A stretch of DNA of 64,000 bases from Balanoglossus misakiensis (taxonomy: Eukaryota > Animalia > Hemichordata), in assembly GCA_040954595.2 (NCBI GenBank), contig CM082580.2:4268783-4332782 (forward strand), written 5' to 3'. Below are positions 27,501-39,800 of the stretch, one piece after another. The translations under genes and the position numbers were made by a program. Under the pieces are notes generated by a model. That model ran no database searches. It was not told the origin of the DNA and saw only the letters and a program-made list of their open reading frames with translations. Positions within the stretch are counted from its first letter, which is position 1. Each line of letters begins with the position of its first letter.

Positions 27501-30500
27501 TATGTGAGCAGAGCGAAAGAACCCCACACAAGTCTGGATTCTATTCTGGACTAGGGCCTTAAGTTTTCCCAGTGGATTCTTCAGAGCAAGAAGCTTCTCA
27601 CTGTGAAATGCAGACATGGTGTACATTGCACACAAATTACTACCAGGCTTTCCACTGTTTTGATAATTAACCCAGCCAGCATAAAATCGGCATATAGCAC
27701 ACACAACTGTTATACAATACTCACAATCTAATCTGAAGTTAATTTGTGTAGACAGCGATGACAGTACCACAACACCAAAAAATATTCAGAAAGGGCTGGC
27801 AAGAAATTGGGGCGACTGATAATATTGCTTGCACATCAGTCGCCCCAATTTCTTGCCAGCAGTTTACAGGGGTAGGACCATTCAGCAAAATCTGTGCAGA
27901 GTGACCGTGGCAAAATATATCATGTTCAGACCTGGTAAAAGCAGTTTTTGTATTCCAGTTCAAGGATTAATCCTTTCTAGCCTGGCTTTCTGGGAATGTA
28001 CCCAAAATTCTCCTATTTATAGGATATCCGGCCAGAAAGGGTTAATTATAATAACAGTTTGAATCTGTGTGTCTTTTACTTCAAGTTCAACTGCTCATAC
28101 AGGGTGTTGCCAGCAATGTTAATCTGCACACTGGCTCATAATGAACCAGTTAAACCATTCCAGCCCACAGTGAACCAATCACATGTTGTTTGTGCCAGTC
28201 TCTGACCCAGCCAAGTCAGAAGACCATGTGAAATGTTCTTATGCAAAGTATGCTAACATTCATTAAATGTGTACATTGGGGATTTAAATCATGCATGCCT
28301 CTGCTTGTCTACCTGTCTACACAAAAAGGTGTTTCAACTGAGTGTTATGTATTCCTATTCATGTTCATTAGTCAAGTGCAACTTCTTTGCATTTGGCTTT
28401 CACAAACAGGAATTAAGCGCTTACTTTTTCTCCTACTTTTTGGCCAGTCTTTGCTGTTTGAACACAGGCTACACCTTTTGAATAATTTACAACCTGCTGA
28501 GAGCTGATGACTTTTTTCTCCTCACTGACAGGTTACAGTTAATTGCAGATTAACTTTATATCTGCTGATAAGCAGTAAGAACAAATTTCCACACAACTTT
28601 AATTAGACATCCCTGAAGTGGGTAGGACAGAAGTTCAGTGTTAAAGCCAGACAAATAAAGCAGCAACCAGACAGTGTTTGTGTGCAGATCTATACATTCC
28701 AGACAGCTAAAGGAGACAAACCATCGGTAAACACTGTGTTTAACTTTCCCAGACCTTGGGCTTCAGAATTGAGCCCGTGCAGCATAACACATTGAACACA
28801 CTCCATCCATAAACTTGTCAATGAACCCACATACTTGTGAATCCAACCAGAACCATGAGATCACTCACTCACCGCTTTACCAGCATTGTCTAAAATATCA
28901 AAACTTTCGTCATACTACAGTTTATACTTCTGTTATGTACTACCATATGGCTCACTCATATCACACCAAAATTTTACTGAATTTCCAAAATGTGTCGAGA
29001 GGGTGAACCTGTATTAAAGTTAAACACCCCTGAAAATATCACATGCCTTTAAATAGCACTAATCTGCAGACTGTATGGAGGAACAAGTGTTTGGATAGAG
29101 TATCAAAGACCATTGCAAAGTTAATGATATATGGTTAGAAGGCCAGAGCACAATGGGGCTTGACTGGGATACATTCCCTGTCAAGTGGTATGTCCTTGGT
29201 CGCTGGGAATTCCATCAGTGATCACGTTTTTAAGTTTATTAACAGACGGGAAAAGTTGACTGAAATATCTTTTGGCACAAGTGGGAATTTGTATACGTCT
29301 ACTTCATGTAATGCATGGCTTATCAACCATTAGGCTGTTTATTTTGTTATTAATTTACACATTACACAGTTTGATATGTTTGACTTTTCAACCATTATAA
29401 CTGTCTCCTTACCTGGCATTTTTAAATTGTGAAAAACTATTCTCACTCTGTCATAAAATTTAAAAACTATTGAAAAACTATTACACTATTCCAGAATGCA
29501 GACAAAGTTACACTGACAATAAAGTGAATGCCACAGGAAAGTGTCCTGTATTTGAACTTTTGTTATATCCTATCAAATTTCCAGACACAAGCGGCCTTGA
29601 GGCTTACCCTGAAACCGCACCAGACCCACCACTGAACAATATACCTGCACAGAAAAAATCTTTCAACCATAAATTTTATGATTCATCATTGCTCACTATA
29701 ACTTGTAGGCTGCTATGCTGTCCGCTATAAAATTCCCCTCTTTTTTTTTGTTCTTATACCTCTTGTACAAGAAGATACTATAAAAGCTGCAGCAAAGAAA
29801 AGGCGTTTTTCAGCGGGTGGGCCAGTAATAAAAAACAGTAAGAAGTCTCCTTTCACACTTTTCAGTCACATATATCTGCCTCTTGACCATTTGGCATCAG
29901 GCATTGAAAGCAGGCTGTTATAGATGAACAGTGCCCACCGGTTGGAATTCAGGGCTCAATCTCCAGGGACAATATCACTTATTAGATCTAGTGTTCAATA
30001 GGTTCTGTCCGAGAAGGTTTTTCTGTTTTCCGACGCGCTTGACTGCCTCTGTACTATGCCTCACTTTATTACGTGCTGGCTGCCGGCAGCCGTGCGCGGT
30101 TAACTTGATTGAAATTCACGACTTGTCTTCCAATGGGCTGTTTTTAAATGAAGCTTTCATGGGGTTCCGGCACAATGCTTTGATGAGTTCCACTCCATCA
30201 ACACTCAACACAGCCTCAGTACACCTCGAATATTGACGACACACACACACACAAGTCAGTCACACAACATCCTGTTATTGCTCTACGAATACTTTTTTTT
30301 CAAACGCTTTACACCAATGGTGTAGTTTTTCAACCATTTGTTTTCAAAAAGGTGAGGCTAGACCTGTGTACACAGAGATGGGGTGAAAGGGTTGAGTTGT
30401 TCGCATGAATGGAGACACCTTCTACACAACTCCTGGAATTACACTGCAAATACATACTTGCCCCAAGACGTTGCAATAGAAGGTTGAGTGAAGATCACTA

Positions 30501-32666
30501 ACTATCTGCATAAAATTATAACACTTGTATCATAATGGATGTTTGTCACTCAAATAATAATCAATTTTAACTTTATGGAAAGTAGTTGCTGAAAACCTCT
30601 GGCAAATTTTCAATTTAGTTTTCATTCATAAGTTTTCAAGCAAGGCTCGAAATTAACTTTTTATATTGGTGGTTAGTTACTTTACAAAGATAAGAAATTG
30701 CATCATATTGAAGTAATCAATTTCAACTGATAATCAAGATTCAAAAGACATCTGCAAAAACAGCTAAACTGAAAAAAGAATAAGTTCTACTTTGAAATGT
30801 TTTTACAGTTTAAAACAAAGGAAGTGAAACTATGTCCTTATTTTGATTCAAACCTAATGAAATCAAAAACTCTTCACGAGAGTTGAAACCTAAATCCTAC
30901 AGTGGTCCCTGGACTAGCAATGGGCTATTTTTTGCAAGTATGCCAGAGTTCAAGATCTCTGACCACCTCATGATCCCTACTCCAAAGTAACCATGCCTCA
31001 ACAACCAACAACTGAGATGTTATTTAAGTGGACTTAGAAAGGATATGGAAGTAATCATTCTGATTAAATTACTCTGGGACCCAGGTACTAGACCATTTGT
31101 GGTATGGGACCTCCCATCACAAACACTTGATTTTGATGTGATTGGGGTCATTCCGACCTCTGAATAGCAAAGGAAGAATGTATACCTCACACAAAAACTA
31201 TGTCTATTCACTGATTTCGACAAAAGACCTTTCATCCGACAGCATTACATCATGCAATGTGTTACATCTGCAAGTGACGGTCTGGTCACATCACTTTTTT
31301 TTCCAGGCAGAAACTTTTCAATCGTAAAGAAACTTGCATGAATGGATGCCTTCTCACTGTTTACTTTAGTTGGTTTTGAGCCCAAAGCATCACATATTTT
31401 GACTTTCTATCTTTTTGTCAATTCATCTTGAAAATGTCACATTTCTTGGCCCTGTTATGGTCCTTTTTTTATAGTGAACCAAGCTGCAGAAAATAGACTT
31501 TGTACAACATGTATAGGTTTACAGCTTACAAAGCCTTTTCACCCATCTGTATTGTACAGTAAACTTACATAAAATCGGATGTTTGACTATTGTGTATTAA
31601 ATTGAAAATCTCTGTTTATCTCTGGGGGTGTAGAGTTTGCCAACATGCACAAATATAACTGTGACAGTGCTGCTGGTATCACCAAACAAGGACTGACACT
31701 GTTGGGCCTTGGTACGGCTGAATACATGATAAACCCCGGCGCTCTCCGTCGCGGCTGACGCCAAATCTGTTCATTCAAAACTGCGTTCTACATCACAACA
31801 TGGTCTTCAATATGACAATAATGCAATGAAGTGGCTGACTACGGATTTGGACAATCAACTGGTGTCTACGAACCCTCGGTTTAATAGTTGTTCGTTTATT
31901 TTTCCTTGCTTTCTTTTAAAGATGTTCTACTTTGATTGGATAATTTTCAAGCTTTTACATCATTGTTTTCTTTTGTTTGCAATACATGAACTGAGGAAAG
32001 TCTAAGAGATACCATGATACCACTGGTCAACTCCCATGCTAAATTCAACCTGTCTGTCGGACTGGTAACATTTTATTTTTACCAGTCCGACAGAAAAACA
32101 ACCAGTCTCGGACTGTCGGACAGGCTTTATTTCGTACACTGGTAAGATTTCCTGCTCAGGACCATGAAATGAACACACTGTATGGATATCGGCCCGGGGC
32201 GTGGATGGATCAGCTGTCGCGTCGTCTGGTACACAAAGTCTGCCCAGAGTTCGCGATGAACACATTTTGTGAAAACAAGAAAATATTTTCTGAAGCATAC
32301 TCACAATGCATGCCTGACGTCCGGGACACTCCTTTCCACCGATATAATATCACTGGCAACTAAATTAAAAGCGTTGACATCAAAAGTTTCTTCGCCTTTT
32401 CGTTTCTGTTCGCCGTACAGTAACACAGGCTGGCCGTTCTCGCCAGGCCCGAAGCGGTGGCGGTCTGTCCCGACAGACGACAGGTCATCGTCGACGGGAA
32501 CGGCAGCCAAATCGCGATAACGTCCCATGTTCCTCCCGCCAAACTGTTCGGGACCATTCTTTTTGTTGGAATTTAAAATATAAACTAGTACGAGGGCAAA
32601 CCAAACCAGCGACGTGACCACAACACTGAGGAACAACTTCTGCGTCGCCATGTTGGCATTACCCAT
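9549..32666 (-). CDS. GALNT: Polypeptide N-acetylgalactosaminyltransferase (GT27, GalNAc-T), 589 aa, 10 coding exons
   Basis: Exons (minus) 32666-32305, 24672-24506, 21583-21409, 17673-17473, 16517-16400, 15838-15650, 15210-15076, 10754-10656, 10306-10169, 9734-9549 = 1770 nt, all GT-AG. Type II TM anchor, then GPGENGQPV stem, [33 protein letters not shown] (DxH), [40 protein letters not shown], and a ricin-B lectin with three C-L/M-D repeats. Subfamily is uncertain, and a second in-frame ATG exists at 32651. Confidence 0.95.
13944..14038. mobile_element. Short piggyBac-like (TTAA-flanked) MITE, intact paralogue of the element split at 35.6-36.9 kb
   Basis: TTAACTC...GAAAGGGTTAA; the internal sequence TCTTTAGAGGTC..ACC.TAGAAAACAATGGGTTTGGAC matches both flanks of the insertion in XRCC4 intron 6. 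Confidence 0.55.
16309..16387. mobile_element. 71-bp piggyBac-type MITE with TTAA target duplication
   Basis: TTAA-CCCTTTC...GAAAGGG-TTAA; second copy at 27967-28045. Confidence 0.7.
17808..18008. mobile_element. ~197-bp TIR MITE with TA target duplication (Tc1/mariner-type signature)
   Basis: TA-CTGTAAAACAATTTATTTTCGCGAG ... CTCGCGAAAAAAAAGTGTTTTACAG-TA. Confidence 0.7.
27795..27860. repeat. Perfect 26-bp inverted repeat with 14-nt loop
   Basis: GCTGGCAAGAAATTGGGGCGACTGAT (27795-27820) / ATCAGTCGCCCCAATTTCTTGCCAGC (27835-27860). Confidence 0.9.
27967..28045. mobile_element. Second copy of the 71-bp piggyBac-type MITE
   Basis: TTAA-TCCTTTC...GAAAGGG-TTAA; same length as, and alignable with, 16309-16387. 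Confidence 0.7.
32053..32094. repeat. 16-bp inverted repeat, probable MITE remnant
   Basis: TCTGTCGGACTGGTAA / TTACCAGTCCGACAGA with a 10-nt spacer; related motifs continue to ~32125. Confidence 0.6.
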
Positions 32667-33824
32667 GAGTCATTGAGTTTTAACTTTCCCGCTGTATTTA
32701 TTTGTTAATTAACTCAAGGGGGCGTGAAGCAATTAACACCTCTGATGGGGACAAGATACACCGTGACCTTACATGAACTATATAAACGTCGACGGCGGCG
32801 TAAAAAGTTGCCGTGCAAAATATTTTCGATCCGAATTCAAGTTCGTTGAAGTGGAGAAAAAAAAATTCCCTGTCGTCATTTTTTTCCACACCGCCATCAT
32901 CGTTTGCTAATAACTGTTGAATTGTTTAATTATCAGACCAATTTTCTCTCCCTTTGCACAATTAATTCTGCCATGGTGCCAGTTTCTATGACCGCACAAA
33001 ATGCCAGATAACTTCATCATACTGGAATTTTGTTGAGAATATATTGGCCAAAGATATGTTTTCCTTATGATCAATTATTTATAGATACAAAGACAGCATA
33101 CACTTTATCAAGGGTCTAAAGTCAGCAAATCAACTTACATGACAATAGTATTAACAAGGTTGAAATTGAAAACAAGTCTTTATTAGCTTTAACATGTATT
33201 ATACAAAACAGCACAGGTTGTTTGCACTAAAATCAGCAGATGGAATATTTTATTTACACTATAAAACACAACATCTGTTCGACAGTATATGCCACATAAA
33301 GGTTATCAGTTTACATATAATCAAATGAAGTCAACATTTGGATAATCAATTGTGTAATATGCACACAGAGAGCATTATTTCATCCTTGAGTTAACTGTAC
33401 TCTGTACTGGGTATTATCATGGAATATAAAAATCTTAGAAGTGCACAGCAGTTGTCAAACGCTAAATTCAGAACAACTGATTTTACTTAATCTTACTAAA
33501 TAAATGCCAGAAAAGGTACAAAAAAGCTTAGACTCTTGCCACTTCTCATCTGTAGTAATGTCTTAAAATGAAATGTAAAGTATTTCTTGATTTTAAAGTA
33601 CTTAGAAATTACCTCTAGAAATGTATTTCTGTACAGATTCTTATAGGTTTTCAGTGGTTTGAAAATACAAATGTGCTGGTGTATCCTTTGGAAAAGAAAA
33701 GTGTTTATACATGTACATAATATATATTTTCGCTTTACTGTGCCAGTGTGGTGTAACTTTTAAAGAAATTGCAATGAGCTAAAAAAAAAATGGTGCAGGT
33801 ATGGTGCATAATATTGAAAGCAAA

Positions 33825-33842
33825 CAGCGCCACCTAGTGTTC
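33825..33842 (-). promoter_or_regulatory. CTCF-like motif
   Basis: Minus strand ACACTAGGTGGCGCTG resembles the CTCF core CCACYAGRKGGCRC; motif match only. Confidence 0.35.
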
Positions 33843-34250
33843 AATAATGAAATAAAATATGAACAATTTATGTCTGAACAGACCTTATCTTGATTTACAT
33901 AAAACCATTATAATGATGAAAACCTTGTGAAACTTGAATGAAGAAACAGTTTAAACTTACATCAAAAATATACAAAATTTCTGAGCAGCTTTCAGTACTG
34001 AAAATATACAATGTCTTTAGCTGACAAGTCAGTGTTCCCTATCCACAGCACATTTTTTATTTTATTTTTGAATTCTAGAATTTTTGATTTAAAGTGCCCA
34101 CTGAAAGGTCTCCAGCCTCATGAATCATTAGTAAGCATACTGGCTTTGAAGTCAGTATAATGATATAATCTACCTCAAAAGGCACTGAATTTAATTTTAT
34201 TTTGGGATCAGAAGTCTTGCCTTCTCAGATTGTATGGGTTTGATAAGACT

Positions 34251-37200
34251 CTATAGTTCACCAAGCAGGTCATCTGGATTTTCATTACTTCTAATGGATG
34301 ACGATTTTCTGTTTGAACGACGGCGTCCACTTGTACTTGATTCACTGAAAGTCAACACAGACAAATAGTAAAATGTACACAATTTGCCACAATTAATTTA
34401 ACATTATTTAAATCAGTTATATCATTAAATGGAGAGCAATGTATATTAGTGCATTGTTAAAGTTTTAAAATAATATACCAGGTTTTTACAAGGCTATTAC
34501 ATACATCTGAACTACATGTTTAATGTAGTTTGGATGTAAAAGTGTTGTTACCAGTAATAAGGTTTGACTTGATGTGACAACAGCTTGGAACCCTTACCTT
34601 GCAGTTGATGAATTTTTGGAAGGTATTTTTGGAATGGATGGTTTGGACGGTGTTTGTTTCTTCTGTGTTGGTTGTCGTATCCTCCTCCTGTGTTCAAGAA
34701 AGATCGTGGCATGTAGGAACATCAGTCTTTATTTTCTCATCCAAGTGTCATAATTTGAAACATAAATTTAATACACATTTTATGGCAAATGTTCAGGTCA
34801 TCTGTACAATTTGCATAGTTCAAAAGGTCATTCAGACTGATTTTGATTGTAAATTGTAAACATAGTCATACCTTTTAGATGCAGGTACTGCCACACCATC
34901 AGGATCATCGTTGTCGTCATCATCATCATCATCACCAAACAAATTGTCCCTTGCCACTGTCTTTGGTGCCACTGCTTTCTTTCTGCCTTTACTCAGAGTT
35001 TTCTATGTAAAAAACAACAACATCAAGACAGCAAAATTACTGATCTATCCTGATGTCATATGCAAAATGAAGCAAATTACTCTGTACCCTCTGAATGTAA
35101 TACTGTGTTGAATAATTCTAAATGTAAGTATGGTTGAGAATATCACCTACAAAGGGAGTTGAGTTTAGCTGTCAGAAAAATGATATTTTTCAATTTGTGT
35201 CGAACATTTACCCTTTCCTCTTCATCTGTTGTTTCTTCGTCTGACCTATTTTCATCCGTATTTTCCTCTTTGTCCGTGTCAGATTCAGCTTCAGCTGCAG
35301 CTGGTCTGGAGGCTGCAAAAAAAGATGAAAATGATATCTGCCATTTTCAGATTCACAGGCAATGGTACTAGTGGGGAAATCTGATTTTTAACAGATCATG
35401 CTATCTGAAAACTACACTTTGTTCAGCAACTAACTTAATAGCTTGATAGAAAATGTGTTAAGGTCAACAAATTACAGCTGTGAAAATCTACTTTACTTAT
35501 TGACCATATCTACTTAAACTCACGACCAATTTTTGACTGTCACTTATATTGTCTCTATCAACCCTGGTTCTCTCTTTAGAGGTCCAACTTCACCATAGAA
35601 AATTAAAGCTGCAAGCAGCGTTGGGGGGGCACAAGCGGTTCCCATGGTGACCAGCAAATTCCACGGCTGTATCTGCTGGGGATACCGAGACATGGGAAAG
35701 TAGGTCAAAGGTCACCTGAGGTCACCCCAAATTTGGGCAAAAAAATTGGACCCCATACTAGTCTAGATCCAACAAAAAACCAGACCCCTAGCCCTATTGG
35801 TTCGCCTGCAATTAGGTATGCACATAATTAATGAGGTCTTGTGTAAGACTCCATTATGTGCTCAATACCCATAAAAGCCAGGGCTCTAACTGCTCTGGAT
35901 GCTGAGATATGGGAAAGTAGATCAAAGGTCACCCAAGGTCACCCAAAATTAGGGCATAAAATTTTGACCCCAGACTGGGCCATGTCCAACCAATACCAGA
36001 CCTCTAGCCCTATTGGGTAGCATGGAATTAGATATGCAGAAATAGGTCAAAGGTCATTGCCAAAATTACCAAAATATTTGTGTCATGTCCTGGCAGCATT
36101 GGTACCCATGTCCACAAAATTCATGAATGTGGTGCTTTTACAAGAGGAGGTATGGGGAATATGCATATATAATTAGTTGTTTTAAAACTGGGTCAAATGT
36201 CATGTGAAAATTGCCACGAAAAATTGTGACAACTTCCGGTCATATGATGACTCATATCCAAAAAAAGAATTTCCGTGCTGTCAACATTTTGGCTACAAAA
36301 CAGAATTTTCATTTTTCAATGGTTTTCCGAAAATCCAACATGGCCGCCATAATGATCGACCAATCACAGTGCGCTTCGCAAACTTGATAGACATAGGTTA
36401 GGTGACCACATATCCCAAATCCCGAGAATCGGTAACCGCTGGTTCTGGAGAAGAAGATTTTTAAAGTTTTAAGTATTTTTTAAGAAAAACAATTGTAGCA
36501 AAAAAACTTTATGTGTGACGTCATGATTTCAATGGGGTAAAATGATGGACAGAAGGTAGGCTACCTGCACACCAAATTTGAACTCGATCGGCCTTGTAGT
36601 TTTTGAGAAGGACTCATTTAACGGTTTTCAGGAAATCCAATATGGTCGCCAGGTCACATGACTAATTAAATATTCACGGGCCACTGCACGTCTACTCATT
36701 GGCCCCTATCACCCTACCAAGTTTCAGCCCCCTAGGTGCTGCGGTTTTCCAGATCTACCTGGCCGAATTTCTCGGAAGAAGAAGAATAATAAAGAAGAAA
36801 TATTCCAACAATACCAATAGGGGCACAAGCCCGATAGGCTTGTGCCCCTAACAATGGGTTTGGACCAAACCACTGTGGTGAAAGGGTTATACTAGTTGGA
36901 TACGAGTTGTCTAAGATTAAAGTTGTTAAAAGGATTAATTGATACTCAAGGGAAAATTAAAAGAAACGTTTAACATTTCCTGTGATACTTACAACCCTGT
37001 GATGAACTTGCATATGTTCTGGCATTTGTAACTGAAAAGAAATAAAAAAGATTTCTGATTAAATCTATTTAAAAATCTGTAAATAATGAAACACTGAGAC
37101 TTTGTAAGAAATATTGAGAGTTCTATTTGACCCATGACGCCTGGTGTCTGTGAGTTGTCACGATTTCATTTTATATTTTTTTAAACTCGTTTATTATAAA

Positions 37201-39562
37201 AATAACACTCACCATCCTCCTTGAGCTGTCTGATCTTGGCTTTCTTATTATTTACTAACACTTGAAACTAAAACAAAAGACAACAGAAAATCATCCACTT
37301 GGCTGGTTGCCATGCAAATTTTTGTGTTGGATAAAAATATATAAACTACCAGTACTCAAATTAGGAGAGAACTTTGGTTTATTTTTCATACAAGAATGCC
37401 ATGCTTGATATTTTTTCTCATACTTTACGAATAGCTAAACATTATAAATATTTCAACAGCTCACCTTCCCATACAAATCTTGTTCCATATTTTCTTTCAG
37501 TTCAACACATTTCTCCAACCTCTGTAACAATATGATAAATCATATAGAACCAGTATCAGTGTATATAAAAGGCACATTTGTACTGCCTCAATCAAAAGTT
37601 TAATTCTGAAGAGTGTATAGCTATCTCCTGTGACCTGTATCAGTGTATATGTGTGACAAGCTACCTGTAGCTACATTAGCAGAAACTCTATGGCAGTCGA
37701 TGTGCCTGGCGATAAAAAATGGAACTTCTAACGACATGTCGCCAGGCAAAACGCCTGTACATTTCTGTACACATATATCACATATATGAATATTCATGAG
37801 TAAGGGGGGGGGGGAGGGGCAGGGTTAATATTCTCCCTACCCCTTACCATTCGCATATTTTTAATAATTAATGCCCCCTTACAGAAAGACAACATATTTT
37901 GACAATTATCCCCAACATATTTTGACAATTATCCCAATAAGTTCTATATACCCTGATATAGCAAACCCTTTAATGCCTTCATAACCATAGAACAGATCAC
38001 AATCTACATAGGCATTTACCTTGAGTGCTTTGCCCCTCTCTGCTGATAATCTCTCATTATCCGCTTCAAGACTTGAAATCTTCTTCTTTAGAGTCCCCAT
38101 TCTCTCTATGCTAACATCAAAAATCTCTTTCACAGTTTCTGTGGTGTCCTTAGATTTCTCTAAAATAACAGATCCAAGTTGAAACTAATGAATGAAGAAA
38201 TCAAAGAAAAATAATGTCAGCCTATTTAAAATGGAAGTGTAACTCCTGGGATGTCCTTTCATAGGAACCTGAGTACTGGTGAATCTCAAGGAATGTTTTT
38301 GAAATCATGTTTGGAATAAACTTTGATTTAATTATGCTTACATTGTACAAGAGAACTCTCATTCCTATAATAAATATTGACTGGCCATGCACTGTGCAGT
38401 TACATGCACAGATGTGAATCGATAGTTGTCATTCTTTCCGTATTGACATATATAAAACATTCAGCAGTTCTAATGATTCAGTACTCTGCAGTACAACCAG
38501 CATATTACTAGAAATGCACTTTTGTCAGTGCTCCAGTGGTACTGTACATGTACGTGTTTCATAATACCAGGCAACCAGCATATATATTCCATACCCCTTG
38601 CAGTATATTCAGTTGCACATCAACAATTTAGTTCTTCACATACCTTGATTTTATCAGTATCCATGACTTTTTTCCAGCTGAACTCCACACTGTCTCCTTT
38701 GTATTTCTTGACTTGATACTCGAATGATAGTTGTCCCGTCTTTTCCCTTGTCAAGGCTTGACATGTCTGAGTTATGTAATCTGATACATCCATCTTGATG
38801 TCTGCTGCAAGGGATTCCAACTCATCTATTGAGACTAAAAAATCATATAAATGACATTAGACAGGTCAATTTGAAGCACCTCAGAAAATATTCTTCTTGT
38901 ACTGAGGTAAATTACAGCACCCACTGTGCACCTATTTCATTTGAAATGTTAGTTGACAAAGAAATTGACAAATCAAATTCAAAGACTGCTTCAAAAACAG
39001 CTCAATAAGACAAACAAATATGCCTCTGTTCATTTGTGCAATCAGTAAAAGTTAAAGTAGTAGTTAATTCTTTTAATCGCTGATTTTCCGACTCCCAAAG
39101 TGCAGGTTTATGAAAAACAAGGCTGCACACTTAGCCAATAATAGGGGGAAAATGCCGACTCAGCATTCTTTCAGTTTCATCTGCAATCAACGCGGTGGGG
39201 CTTTGTTGATTAATTACGGGCCTACGACAGATGATCACCGATCACGTATGCTAGTAGTACCATAGCCCTACTGTCGAGTGTCCTGCCATACATGCACCAC
39301 GCAGACTGCACCCTCCCACTTCCGTAGCTGACACAAAAACTATCTCAAAGATCACTCTACACATCATGTAGACGGTATGCGTATGTACGTAGACAACTTG
39401 TGTGTTTACATGATACAGGATGTACTCACTTTCGCCATTCCAAGCTTGCGTACCGTCTGTGAGAATCATCGTGAAACCATCTTCACCTTCTTCGTGTAGA
39501 GTTGTCAGTAAGTACAATTCGTCTCCTCCAGCCTCGAGTTTACAGAGAGTTTTCCTTGCCAT
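34251..39562 (-). CDS. XRCC4: DNA repair protein XRCC4 (NHEJ, ligase IV partner), 351 aa, 10 coding exons
   Basis: Exons (minus) 39562-39430, 38834-38644, 38184-38020, 37521-37465, 37267-37213, 37031-36993, 35312-35212, 35002-34872, 34687-34598, 34344-34251 = 1056 nt. Head motifs GFTMILTDGTQAWNG and FQLGSVILEK; coiled coil LEADNERL...LEKCVELKENMEQDLYGKFQVLVNNKKAKIRQL; acidic TTDEEE site; basic SKRRR NLS; C-terminal NPDDLLGEL* (cf. vertebrate PEDLFDEI). Confidence 0.95.
35603..36851 (-). mobile_element. ~1.25-kb non-autonomous Helentron-associated element (HINE/DINE-1-like) in XRCC4 intron 6
   Basis: Minus orientation: subTIR plus inverted copy GGGGCACAAGC...GCTTGTGCCCC (36820-36848), (TTC/TTA)n microsatellite (~36775-36800), internal repeats (GGTCAAAGGTCACC blocks), distal subTIR (35626-35636), terminal hairpin GCTGCTTGCAGC then T-run. 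Inserted in an A/T run with no TSD. Confidence 0.75.
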
Positions 39563-39800
39563 GTTCAATGTGAAGAACCCGATCCCACTTCAAAGTCAGC
39601 GGCGTCCTCGAGTTGACCTCTGAACTCAGTTGACCTCTGAACTCTGTTTCCCACAATGCAAATTTACAAAATGTCGCTGTTGTGAGCATGAAAGTGTCGT
39701 GAAATTCACCGGTTTTGACCATTTTCTCAAGTATTAATTCTTACAGACGTTCCACGTTTTAACAGATGTTTCCTAGATTGAAATAATTTTACCGAGAAAG
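39563..39800. promoter_or_regulatory. Compact bidirectional promoter and 5' UTRs shared by XRCC4 and TMEM167
   Basis: 238 bp between divergent ATGs; tandem TGACCTcTGAACT (DR1) at 39614-39626 and 39631-39643; ZNF143/SBS-like TTCCCACAATGCA at 39648-39660. Confidence 0.7.
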
